DNA of 64,000 bases from a virus, in the IMG/VR virus record IMGVR_UViG_3300025849_000025, positions 1-64,000 of that record; one strand, written 5' to 3'. Each line of letters opens with the position of its first letter. Positions within the stretch are counted from its first letter, which is position 1. The notes beneath the pieces were generated by a model that saw only the letters and a program-made list of their open reading frames with translations, did no database searches and had not been told where the DNA came from. Positions 48,050 through 58,510 of the stretch are shown one piece after another. A program made the position numbers and the translations under genes.

Positions 48050-49020
48050 TACTTGTACTCAGCTTCCATCATAACTTCAGACATAAACGCAACCATATTG
48101 ATTTCTAGGTCAGCGCAACGTGTAGCCTTATCCATGTAATCAGCAATAGTCACCACAAACCCTGGGAGACTACGCAACTCGACCTTATCTTGTGCCATAT
48201 CATAGATACGACGGAACATCTCATTCATGTCTTGGTCAGAGTTCTTTGCAACCCATTTACGTAGATTAGTCCAGTCTTTTACCTTCAACATACGGAATGC
48301 TTCTTCAAGAGACTCTTGCTTGAGATTAACAAAGATACCTTCATCAATTTTGCCAGCAGCCGCATATGATTGCAGTTCAGTCAGAACACGACGGAAATCA
48401 GGGAAGTGTTGTTCCACAACCTTGGCAACAACCTTGTTGTCGTAGTCTACCTGTTCGTTGTTTAAGATTTCTAGTACACGTTTGTAGAACGAAGCCGCTA
48501 GTTTTGGCTTATCACTATTCTGAATGGTAAAGTCTACTTCAGACAAACGACTACGAAGTGGCGCAATCATACGGTTCTTAAAATTACAAGTGAAGATAAA
48601 CCCACAGTTTGAAGAGTATTCTTCGATAAAGTTGCGTAGTGCTGGTTGGATTTTAGAAGCACTTAGATAGTCTGCTTCATCAAGGATCACATACTTACGA
48701 CCACCTGCAAGAGATACAGCGGATGCATATGCAGAGATATCATAACGTAGGGTGTCGATGCTCATATCCAAAGAGCCGTTCTTGATAATGTAATCACAAC
48801 CCATTTCATCAAGCATAGCTTTTGCGACAGTTGTTTTACCAACACCTGGGCCACCAGAGAGTAAAAGGTTTGGTACACTATCGTCTTCGATAAACTTCTT
48901 AAAAGTTGTCTTCAGCTTTGGGCTGAGGATCGTATCATCTACTCGCTGTGGTCTGTACTTCTCGACCCACAATACTTCATTCGTCTTTGCATCTATAGCC
49001 ATGTCATCACCATTCATCAT
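48049..49020 (-). CDS. gp44: Clamp loader large subunit gp44
   Basis: LWVEKYRP, GGPGVGKTT, ILDEAD and LRSR. Confidence 0.95.
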   Translation of the reverse strand: MMNGDDMAIDAKTNEVLWVEKYRPQRVDDTILSPKLKTTFKKFIEDDSVPNLLLSGGPGVGKTTVAKAMLDEMGCDYIIKNGSLDMSIDTLRYDISAYASAVSLAGGRKYVILDEADYLSASKIQPALRNFIEEYSSNCGFIFTCNFKNRMIAPLRSRLSEVDFTIQNSDKPKLAASFYKRVLEILNNEQVDYDNKVVAKVVEQHFPDFRRVLTELQSYAAAGKIDEGIFVNLKQESLEEAFRMLKVKDWTNLRKWVAKNSDQDMNEMFRRIYDMAQDKVELRSLPGFVVTIADYMDKATRCADLEINMVAFMSEVMMEAEYK

Positions 49021-49069
49021 AATATAAAATAAGTTGTAGGTTTATAGCGAGAGCCTACATCGCTTATTC

Positions 49070-49330
49070 TTAACTGACTACTTTGTCAGCCATTGGCGCA
49101 TCTGCTGGGACGTCTGCTGGTGCATCTGGCATGTTACCCTCAGGTGCTTCACCTTGCGGTGCGTTTTGCTGTAGGAACATCTCTAGCTTATTGCGTAGCA
49201 TACCTACACCTGCTAGTTCACGGCCTTCGATGCCACCACGACGACTCACGATGTCGATCAATTGTACCACAGTTGCAATATCTTGCAATGAAATTTGTAC
49301 AGGTTCTTGTTGTTGCTCTTGTTCACTCAT
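49070..49330 (-). CDS. Hypothetical protein
   Basis: LQDIATVVQLIDIVSRRG...E...VG motif, between gp45 and gp44. Confidence 0.75.
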   Translation of the reverse strand: MSEQEQQQEPVQISLQDIATVVQLIDIVSRRGGIEGRELAGVGMLRNKLEMFLQQNAPQGEAPEGNMPDAPADVPADAPMADKVVS

Positions 49331-49335
49331 ATTAT

Positions 49336-49998
49336 CTATCCTTTATTATAAGTTGATTTGGTATCGATTGCCACATAATATGTAGCATCTGGGCTTTTAA
49401 ACTCAGAAATGCCTTTTGCGCATAGAGTTACGCTATAGTCTTGAGGCAATAGCTTAAGGTTTTCTGTCTTGATGATAACCTTAAAGGTATCATTGGTTTC
49501 ACCAATTTCAATACCATAATCATCAGCCCCTGTATCGGTACTGCTGATTGCCTTGAGGTAAATCTTACCTTCCTCTCCGACAAATGCCACTTCTTGGAAT
49601 TGAAGTACACCCGCCGCTTTGATTACCGATTGAAGGTCATTCCATGTAACATTCACTTCAACATCTTTAGTCGGCAATTCAATCTCCTTGGTAGGAGCCG
49701 CATGAATCATAGAGATGTCTGCGAATACATATTTAGTACGCTGTTTGCCTTGAGTAATCACGAAGTATTTATCATGGAATTCTACATCAGGATCATTATA
49801 AAGACCCAAAATAGATAGAAATCGTGATAAATCGTAGATACACGCTTGGGACGGAATGCTATCAGCAATAGTCGCCTTTGCGATCAAGGTTTTTTCTGGC
49901 GTAATAGTCTTAAGCGTATTCCCTTGCTCCATCAAGATAGACTTGTTGATAGTGGAAAAACTCTTAAGTATCGTCAGAGTTCGTTCAGAAAATTTCAT
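49336..49998 (-). CDS. gp45: Sliding clamp gp45
   Basis: MKFSERTLTILKSFSTIN.SI, IYDLSRFL and ENLKLLP.DY. Confidence 0.93.
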   Translation of the reverse strand: MKFSERTLTILKSFSTINKSILMEQGNTLKTITPEKTLIAKATIADSIPSQACIYDLSRFLSILGLYNDPDVEFHDKYFVITQGKQRTKYVFADISMIHAAPTKEIELPTKDVEVNVTWNDLQSVIKAAGVLQFQEVAFVGEEGKIYLKAISSTDTGADDYGIEIGETNDTFKVIIKTENLKLLPQDYSVTLCAKGISEFKSPDATYYVAIDTKSTYNKG

Positions 49999-50054
49999 TA
50001 TATAGTCTCCAAGTTTTGTTTATTTAACAAGATTAACACACATCATTAATCTTG

Positions 50055-50909
50055 TCAATCTTTTTTATAAGATTTCTTACTAGCTGACTTATCAGCCGTA
50101 GCTGATACACCTAGTGAACCAATAGCCGCCATGTTGCCCTTAAAGATGTAAGAGCCGATATGATTGATCTGCATCCATGGACACATCCATACTTGCATAC
50201 CAATTTCACGCGACTTTTGGCAGAAGAAATAGTCTTCGCTCAGATAGCGTTTTGTTTTAGGATCGATAATACAGTCAAAGAATGCTGTGATCTCACGTGT
50301 GCCATCGAAGTTGTCAGTTCTAATATGATCTGGCTTATAAGACAAGTATGGATATGCTTCTTTGTATTTCTCTAGTGTATCACGTGGAATACACATAAAT
50401 CCTGTCCCTGCCTCACCAACTTCCAAAGGCTCAGCAAGATTAAAACTGGCAAGTTTGTTAATTGGATTAAAAACATAATCCGCTGTATACTGATCTAGTG
50501 CAAATGGTGTATCATCTGCTTTGCCAATTTCAACTGCTTTCTTTACCTTCTCCCATGCAATAGTTTTCTTGGGATAAGGACCTGTCACAATGTTGAACTT
50601 AGGATCAGATACTTGAATTGCAATCAAACCTAGTACGTCACGAGGGTCAAATGCGATATCGGAATCAATAAAGACAAGATGTGTACAGTCAGAGCGTAAG
50701 AACTCATCAACAACGTAGTTTCTTGCTCTTTGGATTAGACTCTCATTGAACAAGTAGTAGAAGCGAACGTCGATACCATTAGCACCTGCCATCAAAGCTA
50801 GGTCAGTGCATGCCTTTGTGTACGAACCACTACAGTTGCCGCCATACATTGGTGTTCCAATAAAGATTTTGTGTTTTCGAAGTTCTTCGATGGATATTTG
50901 TAGTTTCAT
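50055..50909 (-). CDS. GT-A-fold glycosyltransferase-like protein
   Basis: TPMYGG, ESLIQRARN, FIDSD (DxD), GTGFM and LSEDYFFC. Confidence 0.75.
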   Translation of the reverse strand: MKLQISIEELRKHKIFIGTPMYGGNCSGSYTKACTDLALMAGANGIDVRFYYLFNESLIQRARNYVVDEFLRSDCTHLVFIDSDIAFDPRDVLGLIAIQVSDPKFNIVTGPYPKKTIAWEKVKKAVEIGKADDTPFALDQYTADYVFNPINKLASFNLAEPLEVGEAGTGFMCIPRDTLEKYKEAYPYLSYKPDHIRTDNFDGTREITAFFDCIIDPKTKRYLSEDYFFCQKSREIGMQVWMCPWMQINHIGSYIFKGNMAAIGSLGVSATADKSASKKSYKKD

Positions 50910-51550
50910 ATTTCCGTTTGCTCCAAATCATGTTCTGCCCTAGTAATTGATTGCAACCGTAGAATATCAGCCGCCACATCATGCTTACTGTCATGAGCGT
51001 TAAAATTGTATTCCCACTTCGCTACGTCCTTAACAGGCACAAACCCATTAGGATCGATATCGAAGTTGAATTTTGCATCGATGAATGTACGAGTGTCACG
51101 TACAGCATAATGCTTTAAGTATTGACTAAGCAAACGTTGCTTGCCTGCGTCCTCTGCAATACGATCCAAAATTATGGGATCGAATGTGTTGCCTCTTGAC
51201 CACCAACATTCGATCTTGTCACTCTTTCGTAAGTAATCTACTAGCGTTTCGATAAATCGATCTGCTTTCATGTTATCAGGCGATGGCTTCAAGTTCTTCC
51301 TCAGCGCTGCTGGTTGATCCAACCACCACTGCAAGTCACTAGCACTATATACACATCCATGGTTCTCAACTTGATCTTTAATATCAAATGTATTTTGTTC
51401 CATGCCAAGAACCAATTCTTTAAATGTGTATGGGTTCTCGGTGAACCTTCCCCATTCGAATGTGGTATAGGAAACATCAATAGCAGGGATTTTACGAGAG
51501 TTAGTACCAATAGTTTCAAAATCAAATATAAAATGCGTTGCCATTAACAT
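50906..51550 (-). CDS. dexA: DexA-like 3'-5' exonuclease (DEDDh)
   Basis: DFET, WSRG..FD, RDTRT and HDSKHD. Confidence 0.85.
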   Translation of the reverse strand: MLMATHFIFDFETIGTNSRKIPAIDVSYTTFEWGRFTENPYTFKELVLGMEQNTFDIKDQVENHGCVYSASDLQWWLDQPAALRKNLKPSPDNMKADRFIETLVDYLRKSDKIECWWSRGNTFDPIILDRIAEDAGKQRLLSQYLKHYAVRDTRTFIDAKFNFDIDPNGFVPVKDVAKWEYNFNAHDSKHDVAADILRLQSITRAEHDLEQTEI

Positions 51551-51588
51551 ATCTCCTTGTGGTTATTATCATTAATTATACCACATGA

Positions 51589-51780
51589 TTAAGATTTTTG
51601 CAAGCTGATTCGTTCTTGAATCATAGAAATCTCATCTTTTAATTTCAGTTTGTCAACTTTAAATTTTTTGATGTACTTATCAGGTGCTTTTTCAGCTTCT
51701 AATGCTTCAATCACAGAGTGAAGGTTCTTGTGTCGATCCTCCAATAACCCCAGTCGATGAGTGTAATCTTCTTCTTTCAT
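51589..51780 (-). CDS. DUF465/YdcH-like small coiled-coil protein
   Basis: L..RH..L...I......KLKLKDEI pattern. Confidence 0.65.
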   Translation of the reverse strand: MKEEDYTHRLGLLEDRHKNLHSVIEALEAEKAPDKYIKKFKVDKLKLKDEISMIQERISLQKS

Positions 51781-51789
51781 ATTGACCCC

Positions 51790-54336
51790 CTATACAAAGA
51801 AATTATCTAGTGTGTTTATCTTAACTGCCGACCAACCAATCGCCTCTAGGATAGACTCTAGTGGGCTTAGGAAGACCTTTTCGAATTGCTTCTCATAGTC
51901 TATATAGTTCGCCAACTCAAACTCTGGTGGCAAACGTTGTCCTGGGAACGAGATAATATTCTCTCGAATTGGGTTTGGTGTCTTGAGATAGACAAACTTA
52001 ATCTTGTCCCCACCTGCAATAGGCTCATACGTTTTGCTCAAACCTCTTTTCTTCACTTCGTGATTGTATAGAATACAGCCCCGAACGTGCATTGGACAAC
52101 CTTTGCGATAGAGTGACGTAGAATCCATATACTTGCCGATTTCTTGTGTGCCACTATTACGACCAATATCTTCTGGTGGTAACTCAAAGAACTTTTTACG
52201 GAATTCTTCGATAAACTCTTGTACAGTCTCTTCGTTACCATTCATGATAACTGAGAAAGACTCTTTAAGCTTATCACGACACACCTCAGGTGTTGACGAA
52301 CGTACAGACTCAAGACCAGTCACGGAAACCTTTGGCTTATCGTAATGTACACCCTCAGAGTTCAAGGTGTTCATGATATAACGCTTCTTAGCAATAAAGA
52401 TGGACTTGTCTGTAATCTTCTCACGCTTCATGAACATCGCTTGGCGATACGCACCCATTTCCTTGGCAAGCTTTTCATAACCAGCATCAATAACAGGTTC
52501 GATCTTCATCTGGCAGACCTTATCAAGAAAATCTTCGCCCTTCTTACGATCAACATCCACCGTACCAAATGCGTTCTCAACAATTGGAGCCATGTCAACA
52601 TAGATAGAGTCAGTATCAATATACACAATGTAATCCTTATCGGTTTTAAGGATACGGTTTAGGTAATCATTCACTGACTTCTGTGCGTATCGAATAGACA
52701 ACTGACCAGATGTCGTAATTGCTTCAGCCATGTCGTTAATATAGTATAGGAAGTACACGTTAGCAGTCGCACCATAAAGGCTGTTCATAGCAATTTTAAT
52801 AGCCATCTGAGAGTTGTGTAGCTGTGTAGCTTCACGCTTAAGACGTGTCTTCTCAGCCCCATCAGTCGCATCTTCTAGTTGTTGTTCTACCTTAAGCATG
52901 TTCTGCTTGATGACTTTACGGTTGTTGTAGTATTCATCAATGATGCTAGGAATAACACCTTTAAACTTGTTACTAAAACAAGCGCCATTAGCACCAACAG
53001 ACATAGTTGGATCATCATTTTGGAAACGTCCTTCCAAAACCATATCCTGTGACACTTGCTTGCGCTCATCTTCTAGGTACGTCTCTGGTGACATATTGTA
53101 TTGCAACATGAGGTGTGGATACAGAGAGTTAAGGTCAAACGACACGATCCATGGATGCATGCCAACCTTTGGGTCTTTCACAAAGCCACCAACAAGTTCA
53201 CCAGCACGTTGACCTGGTTCACCCTTAACTGGTGGAACCTTGCCATCTTTCATAAGGCGTCGATATAGAGTTGTCTCCCAAATACCCACAGTACCAAATG
53301 CATCTTGATAGTTCACACCGCCGCCATAAGCAACAGTCATGACAAGAGACAACAATCCTGTTTCGTCTTCAAAACGTTGGATCAGTTCTGTATCTTTAAG
53401 GTTATAGTCGAGATATAGCTGCGGGTTTTGTTCGTACAATGCGTTTAGGTTGCCATACTCAGAATAGTCGAGTTTCTTCTCACCAAGAACAGTATATGCG
53501 ATATGATCAAGCTTATAGCTTTCTTGTGTGCCATACTTGTATCCAAACTTCTTGAACGCATCCATATAGTCAACAACAGTCATCCCACCGATCTGATACG
53601 TACCTTGCATCTTACCGAACATCTCACGCTCTTTATGACGGACATTGCGCCATGGGCTTAAGTCCTTCACCCATTCTTCACCGAATAAATGTTTCATGCG
53701 AGTAATAATGTACTGCACGTCAAAGTATTCTACGTTCCATCCAGTGATGATATCGGGATAACGGTTAACCCATAGCTCCTTGAAACGCTTCAATAGAGCC
53801 TCTTCACTGTCGAACTTCATAAAGTGAATGTTATCGGGGTGTAGATCAAGCAAAGTCTTGTTCTTGTCATAGTCCTTAAGACCAAGCAAGTGGTAATCAG
53901 AAGACTTGGATGACTTGTAAGCAATAGATGTAATTGCTTTGTCAGCCGTATTAACATCAGGATAGCCATCAGCAATGTCAACCTCAATATCAAAAGATAC
54001 GATGTTGATCAGGCTTGAATCAAACTTAATTTCATTAGGATACTTCTCTTGGATAAACTGGGACACATAGTTTGTGTTACCAGCAATCTCAAGACCATGA
54101 ACATCTTTATAGCGCTCTACAAAGTCTTTGGCTTCTTTCATACTATCAAGTTGATGTGGCACGAGTGGCTTGTCAGTCGTAAGACTTCTAAACTTTGATT
54201 CAGTAACGTCTTTCTTGCCATTCGTGAAAAGTGTTGGTTGGAATTTAACCTTGCGAGAGAACTGTTTGCCGTTCTCATAACCACGCCACAGAATGTTATT
54301 ACCGAAGCGCTCTACCGATGTATAAAAGTTAGTCAT
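51790..54336 (-). CDS. gp43: Family B DNA polymerase gp43
   Basis: FDIE exonuclease motif, [24 protein letters not shown]; uninterrupted. Confidence 0.98.
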   Translation of the reverse strand: MTNFYTSVERFGNNILWRGYENGKQFSRKVKFQPTLFTNGKKDVTESKFRSLTTDKPLVPHQLDSMKEAKDFVERYKDVHGLEIAGNTNYVSQFIQEKYPNEIKFDSSLINIVSFDIEVDIADGYPDVNTADKAITSIAYKSSKSSDYHLLGLKDYDKNKTLLDLHPDNIHFMKFDSEEALLKRFKELWVNRYPDIITGWNVEYFDVQYIITRMKHLFGEEWVKDLSPWRNVRHKEREMFGKMQGTYQIGGMTVVDYMDAFKKFGYKYGTQESYKLDHIAYTVLGEKKLDYSEYGNLNALYEQNPQLYLDYNLKDTELIQRFEDETGLLSLVMTVAYGGGVNYQDAFGTVGIWETTLYRRLMKDGKVPPVKGEPGQRAGELVGGFVKDPKVGMHPWIVSFDLNSLYPHLMLQYNMSPETYLEDERKQVSQDMVLEGRFQNDDPTMSVGANGACFSNKFKGVIPSIIDEYYNNRKVIKQNMLKVEQQLEDATDGAEKTRLKREATQLHNSQMAIKIAMNSLYGATANVYFLYYINDMAEAITTSGQLSIRYAQKSVNDYLNRILKTDKDYIVYIDTDSIYVDMAPIVENAFGTVDVDRKKGEDFLDKVCQMKIEPVIDAGYEKLAKEMGAYRQAMFMKREKITDKSIFIAKKRYIMNTLNSEGVHYDKPKVSVTGLESVRSSTPEVCRDKLKESFSVIMNGNEETVQEFIEEFRKKFFELPPEDIGRNSGTQEIGKYMDSTSLYRKGCPMHVRGCILYNHEVKKRGLSKTYEPIAGGDKIKFVYLKTPNPIRENIISFPGQRLPPEFELANYIDYEKQFEKVFLSPLESILEAIGWSAVKINTLDNFFV

Positions 54337-54374
54337 GACAATCCTTAATTTGTGTTCCTACTATGATAACACAG

Positions 54375-54824
54375 TTATTCGTCTTCGTCAACTACTTCTT
54401 CAACTTCTACACCGTTACTGATGTATGTTTCGATGTAGTCTGACTGATACCCAACCTCTTCTAAAAATTCAAGCCTGTCAAAGAAGTCATCTGATTGAGC
54501 TTCCCAGTCTTCTTCAAGTTTCTCTTTTTCTTCTTCTGTCCACCCAGAATGGAATACAAAGTAACTATGACCAGAAGTTGTTGTCTGGATATCACACTCT
54601 TCGAAGTCACTATGGCAAAGTTCTACTGCATCATCGACGATTTCTTGTAGCATGTTTGCTTCTTCTTCGTTTTTGACTGTGACGTATAGTTCACCAGACT
54701 TCCATTCAGTTTGAATGTTCACACCCTTTAGGCCATCATTCAGTGGGGTAAACACTTCCACATCCACATAGTCCCAACGATTTTTGTTTATCAATGAATA
54801 GGTTTTTCCAACTTCAATTTTCAT
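54375..54824 (-). CDS. Acidic hypothetical protein
   Basis: ATGA-coupled ORF. Confidence 0.7.
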   Translation of the reverse strand: MKIEVGKTYSLINKNRWDYVDVEVFTPLNDGLKGVNIQTEWKSGELYVTVKNEEEANMLQEIVDDAVELCHSDFEECDIQTTTSGHSYFVFHSGWTEEEKEKLEEDWEAQSDDFFDRLEFLEEVGYQSDYIETYISNGVEVEEVVDEDE

Positions 54825-55042
54825 TTCTTGTACTCCATCTCAGTAATTACATCAATCCCTTCTTTATCATTAGCGATACCAAGTGCCAGTGCTTGAATAT
54901 CATCAATTAGGTTTTGACAAGCCTTTTTATCATATTCTTTGTAAGAAATCTCAGCAAATTCATTACGGACACGGTGTAACAGAATAGCCTTGTCGTGCAT
55001 TGCATTTATTCTTCTGATTAAGTCTTCGATTGAATGTTGCAT
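54821..55042 (-). CDS. Hypothetical protein
   Basis: Probable start MQHSIEDL with GAGGAG SD. Confidence 0.7.
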   Translation of the reverse strand: MQHSIEDLIRRINAMHDKAILLHRVRNEFAEISYKEYDKKACQNLIDDIQALALGIANDKEGIDVITEMEYKK

Positions 55043-55055
55043 TACGTTCTCCTCA

Positions 55056-56765
55056 TTAAACAATTTCGCTAAAGTTTTTAACCTTCTGAAAGGTAATGTT
55101 AGAATCAAACTTATCGCCAAACTGCAAGCCCCTGTGGCTGATTACGAATATGTTATCATCTGCGTTCAAGTTGTGTAGTTGGTCGATCAAGTTCTCAATA
55201 CCTACTGCGTCTAAAGCGCCATCTAGCGTTTCGTCCAACAATAGCAAGTTTGTTGACACGCTGTTGCGTAGTTTGGCAACAGAACGCCATGCCAACATGA
55301 TTGACAATGTAATGCGTAACTTCTCACCCTCAGAGAATGACGCATATGAAAAAGCATCACGGAACCTTGACTTGATAACCTCATTGAAGTTCTCATCTAA
55401 TTGGAAGTCAACAAACAAGTCAAAAGCACCTAGATATGTATTAATCAATTTGTTCATCACTGGGATGTACTGTTTGATGATACGTGTTTTGATGCCACCG
55501 TCCTTTAGGATGGCTTGCACTACAGAAAGAGTTTCTTTGTCTTTATGTAGGACTTCTTGATCAGACTTTGTGGTGCGAAGTGTTTCGTTTAGGCTATTCA
55601 ACTTTGTTGTATCGATAGCTTCGACGTCTTTCTCTGCCCTGTCTAATTCGTTTTTATAAGACATTAGAGCGCTTTTAGCCATCTTGATGGTGGCTCTGTG
55701 ATCACCGATCTTTAAGTTTCCATCACGAATTTGATCTTCAAGTACAGATATAGCTTCAAGACGATCCGTATAGACCTTATTCTTAATTGCTAATTGCTTC
55801 AACCCTTCTTCCAACTCAACAATCTTTTTGTCTTTATCTGCGATGATACTGGTTTTGAATTCATGCTCAATGCCTTGCTTACACGTAGGACAATCATCGT
55901 GATCGTGGTAGAATGACAATTCTTTCTTATGGTTCGCCATAGTAATTTCTATATTGCGACGAAGTTCATCTGCCTTGTAGTTCTTAGCTTTCATGTCAGC
56001 TTTGTCAGAAATATCATCTACAATCACTTGTATTGTATCTTGAGTAGCTTCGATTTTAGTCTGTGCCTCACTAATACTGTCAAGGTGACCTTTCATCTTC
56101 TCTTTGATCTTATCAACTTCTTCTGTTTTGATAGCACGAATAGATGCGTTGTGTTCCTTCGCTGACTGTAGCTGTGTTTCAACTAAGTCTATCTTGTAAG
56201 TGTTCTCGTTAATCTCAGTCTTGTTATCCGACACACGAGTTTTCAGTAGAGTGTTCATAGTGGAGAAAACTTGAATATCTAATAGGTCTTCAATAATCTC
56301 ACGACGTGCCTGTGCTGTAAGTTCCATAAATGGGACATAGGTGGCAGAGCCAAGCACAACGATTTGGTTAAATGACTTGTAGTTAAGATTAAGAATAGTT
56401 TGCTCAAGATATGCTTGATAGTCTTTACTAGCCGCTTCTTGGTCAACAAGTTCACCGTTCTTCCAAATCTCGAATACGTTAGGTTTAATCCCACGGACGA
56501 TCTTGTAATAGTTTTGTGCAATCTTAAAGACCACCTCAACCATAGTCTCACGACCATTAATACTGTTTACCAGTTGTGCTTTGTTAATCTTACGAAATGC
56601 CTTGCCGTAAAGAGCAAACACAATAGCATCCAACAGCGTAGACTTACCACTGCCGTTAGTACCACTGATAAGAGTGGTTCTACTTTTGTCTAGTTGTATC
56701 TCTGTCCAAGCATTGCCAGATGACAATAGATTTTTGTATCTCACGCTCTGGAATTGAATTTTCAT
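55056..56765 (-). CDS. gp46: Recombination endonuclease ATPase subunit gp46 (Rad50/SbcC-like)
   Basis: GTNGSGKS, CPTC hook, FSEGEK signature, LLDE. Confidence 0.96.
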   Translation of the reverse strand: MKIQFQSVRYKNLLSSGNAWTEIQLDKSRTTLISGTNGSGKSTLLDAIVFALYGKAFRKINKAQLVNSINGRETMVEVVFKIAQNYYKIVRGIKPNVFEIWKNGELVDQEAASKDYQAYLEQTILNLNYKSFNQIVVLGSATYVPFMELTAQARREIIEDLLDIQVFSTMNTLLKTRVSDNKTEINENTYKIDLVETQLQSAKEHNASIRAIKTEEVDKIKEKMKGHLDSISEAQTKIEATQDTIQVIVDDISDKADMKAKNYKADELRRNIEITMANHKKELSFYHDHDDCPTCKQGIEHEFKTSIIADKDKKIVELEEGLKQLAIKNKVYTDRLEAISVLEDQIRDGNLKIGDHRATIKMAKSALMSYKNELDRAEKDVEAIDTTKLNSLNETLRTTKSDQEVLHKDKETLSVVQAILKDGGIKTRIIKQYIPVMNKLINTYLGAFDLFVDFQLDENFNEVIKSRFRDAFSYASFSEGEKLRITLSIMLAWRSVAKLRNSVSTNLLLLDETLDGALDAVGIENLIDQLHNLNADDNIFVISHRGLQFGDKFDSNITFQKVKNFSEIV

Positions 56766-57823
56766 AGACTTAATGCCTCATTATATAGTTCATCAACGAT
56801 CTGTTTAATCGCTTGTTTGTTAGCCGATGTGTCAAGAGTTTCGATATATCCATGTAAGATATCCTTAGTATCAGCACTCTCATCAAGAATTTCCTCAACA
56901 CCACTGTCTTCTAGGTTCAACGAATCTTCGATAGACTTAACATCTGATGCACCACTATCGGATAGTTTGTCAAGGAATAAATCATACACATACGGATTAG
57001 TTCTATTCTTGACGATGACTTTAATGAAAGCATTGTTGATGTTAGAGATATCAAGAGCCTCAACATCCTCAACTGTCATGTCAGCATCATCGTATTCTAT
57101 CTTGTGGTATATAGGTGTGGGGTTAAGTACCCATTCTAAATTGCGTGTCTCAGTATCAAGAACTCTAAAACCACGCTTCCCACCATGATCACTCCACGTC
57201 ATCTCATAGGGCGCACCAAGGTAATTGATGTTACCATACTCAGAAGGATGGTGGAAGTGACCAGAGTAAACAGACTCAAAGTGTGAAAATGTTTCTTTGT
57301 TTAAACCATGAGAACACAAGGTTCCCTTCAACATCTCAAAACCTACGATATCAAAGTGACCCATGCAAATGTTTGCAGTAGATGTTTTCAAAATATCTAA
57401 TGACTGTTGGCTATTGGTCTTCGTCAACCATGGAACCATAATTATATCAGTAGAGCCGAAGGTAAGTTCCTTTGGTGTATCCTGATATACATGAAAGTTG
57501 TCATACTCATTCAACAACAAGTCCATTGAGTTGATCTCATTGGTGTTCGAATAGTAGACAGAGTGGTTGCCAACAATAGCATGATATTCAATATTACGAT
57601 TCTGCATCTGATCAAAGAACATCTTCTTTGCTCTGGATAGAGTAACGTAATTAACATATTTACGACGATCAAAGGTATCACCAAGATCAAGAACAATTTT
57701 GATATCATGTTCATCAATATAAGGAAAGAATACCTCAGAGAAAAACTTTTCTTGATGATCCAAGAATACCTTAGTGTCTCCACGTACACCAAGGTGCATA
57801 TCAGTGATAATTGCTATCTTCAT
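56762..57823 (-). CDS. gp47: Recombination endonuclease subunit gp47 (Mre11/SbcD-like)
   Basis: TDMHLG, LGDTFDRR, GNH and SGHFH. Confidence 0.95.
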   Translation of the reverse strand: MKIAIITDMHLGVRGDTKVFLDHQEKFFSEVFFPYIDEHDIKIVLDLGDTFDRRKYVNYVTLSRAKKMFFDQMQNRNIEYHAIVGNHSVYYSNTNEINSMDLLLNEYDNFHVYQDTPKELTFGSTDIIMVPWLTKTNSQQSLDILKTSTANICMGHFDIVGFEMLKGTLCSHGLNKETFSHFESVYSGHFHHPSEYGNINYLGAPYEMTWSDHGGKRGFRVLDTETRNLEWVLNPTPIYHKIEYDDADMTVEDVEALDISNINNAFIKVIVKNRTNPYVYDLFLDKLSDSGASDVKSIEDSLNLEDSGVEEILDESADTKDILHGYIETLDTSANKQAIKQIVDELYNEALSL

Positions 57824-57828
57824 GAAGA

Positions 57829-58356
57829 TTAATCCTTTTTCTTGACGTCTTCTTTTTTCTTAGCTTTATCACGTTCAATCTTGTCTTCAAAGTCTTGAAC
57901 AAATGTATTCATATAATCAGCATTGGTATATAGGTTCAGAACTTCTTCCCCACCCTCATATGTGCCACCTGTTGAAATCATTTGCTGACTTGACTTAAAC
58001 CTAATATACATCTGCTTCTTCTCTTTGGCAATACGACGGAGAAACGCATACCAAATGATCTGTGTAAAGTACGCAAATGGATTAGATGATTTCTCAGAGT
58101 TGAAGTTGCCAATATACAATAGACAATTCTCAATCCCATCAGAGATCATATCATCTTTATACGTGTAGCCACTGAAGTTTGGTTTGGTTGATAGTCGTGT
58201 TGCAATCTGGAAGATACAAGTTCCAATGTAATCTGGGACACGAGGCTTCAAGTCTTCACCCGCCTCTTCAGCTTCTTTACAATCGGCTTGATACTTGATC
58301 AAGGCTTCCAATAAATCTCTGTTGTTTACATAATTCTTTTTAGCTCGACGTGCCAT
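57829..58356 (-). CDS. gp55: Late-transcription sigma factor gp55
   Basis: NYVNN, PNFSGYTYKDDMISDGIENC, NPFAYFTQI..AFLRRI.KEK. Confidence 0.96.
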   Translation of the reverse strand: MARRAKKNYVNNRDLLEALIKYQADCKEAEEAGEDLKPRVPDYIGTCIFQIATRLSTKPNFSGYTYKDDMISDGIENCLLYIGNFNSEKSSNPFAYFTQIIWYAFLRRIAKEKKQMYIRFKSSQQMISTGGTYEGGEEVLNLYTNADYMNTFVQDFEDKIERDKAKKKEDVKKKD

Positions 58357-58380
58357 AAATGCCTCCTCATAATTTTATTA

Positions 58381-58409
58381 ATTATACCACAGATATCTTA
58401 ATTTGTCAA
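58381..58409 (-). promoter_or_regulatory. sigma70 promoter for gp55 (TTGACA-N17-TATAAT, extended -10)
   Basis: TTGACAAATTAAGATATCTGTGGTATAAT. Confidence 0.8.
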
Positions 58410-58510
58410 CTATGCATTTTTTACTTGACAAGCTTTTCAAGTCGTGTATAATAGGCGTATGCCTTATAAGAACAATAATGATTCTTTAATGCTATTAAGG
58501 ATAATTAAGA

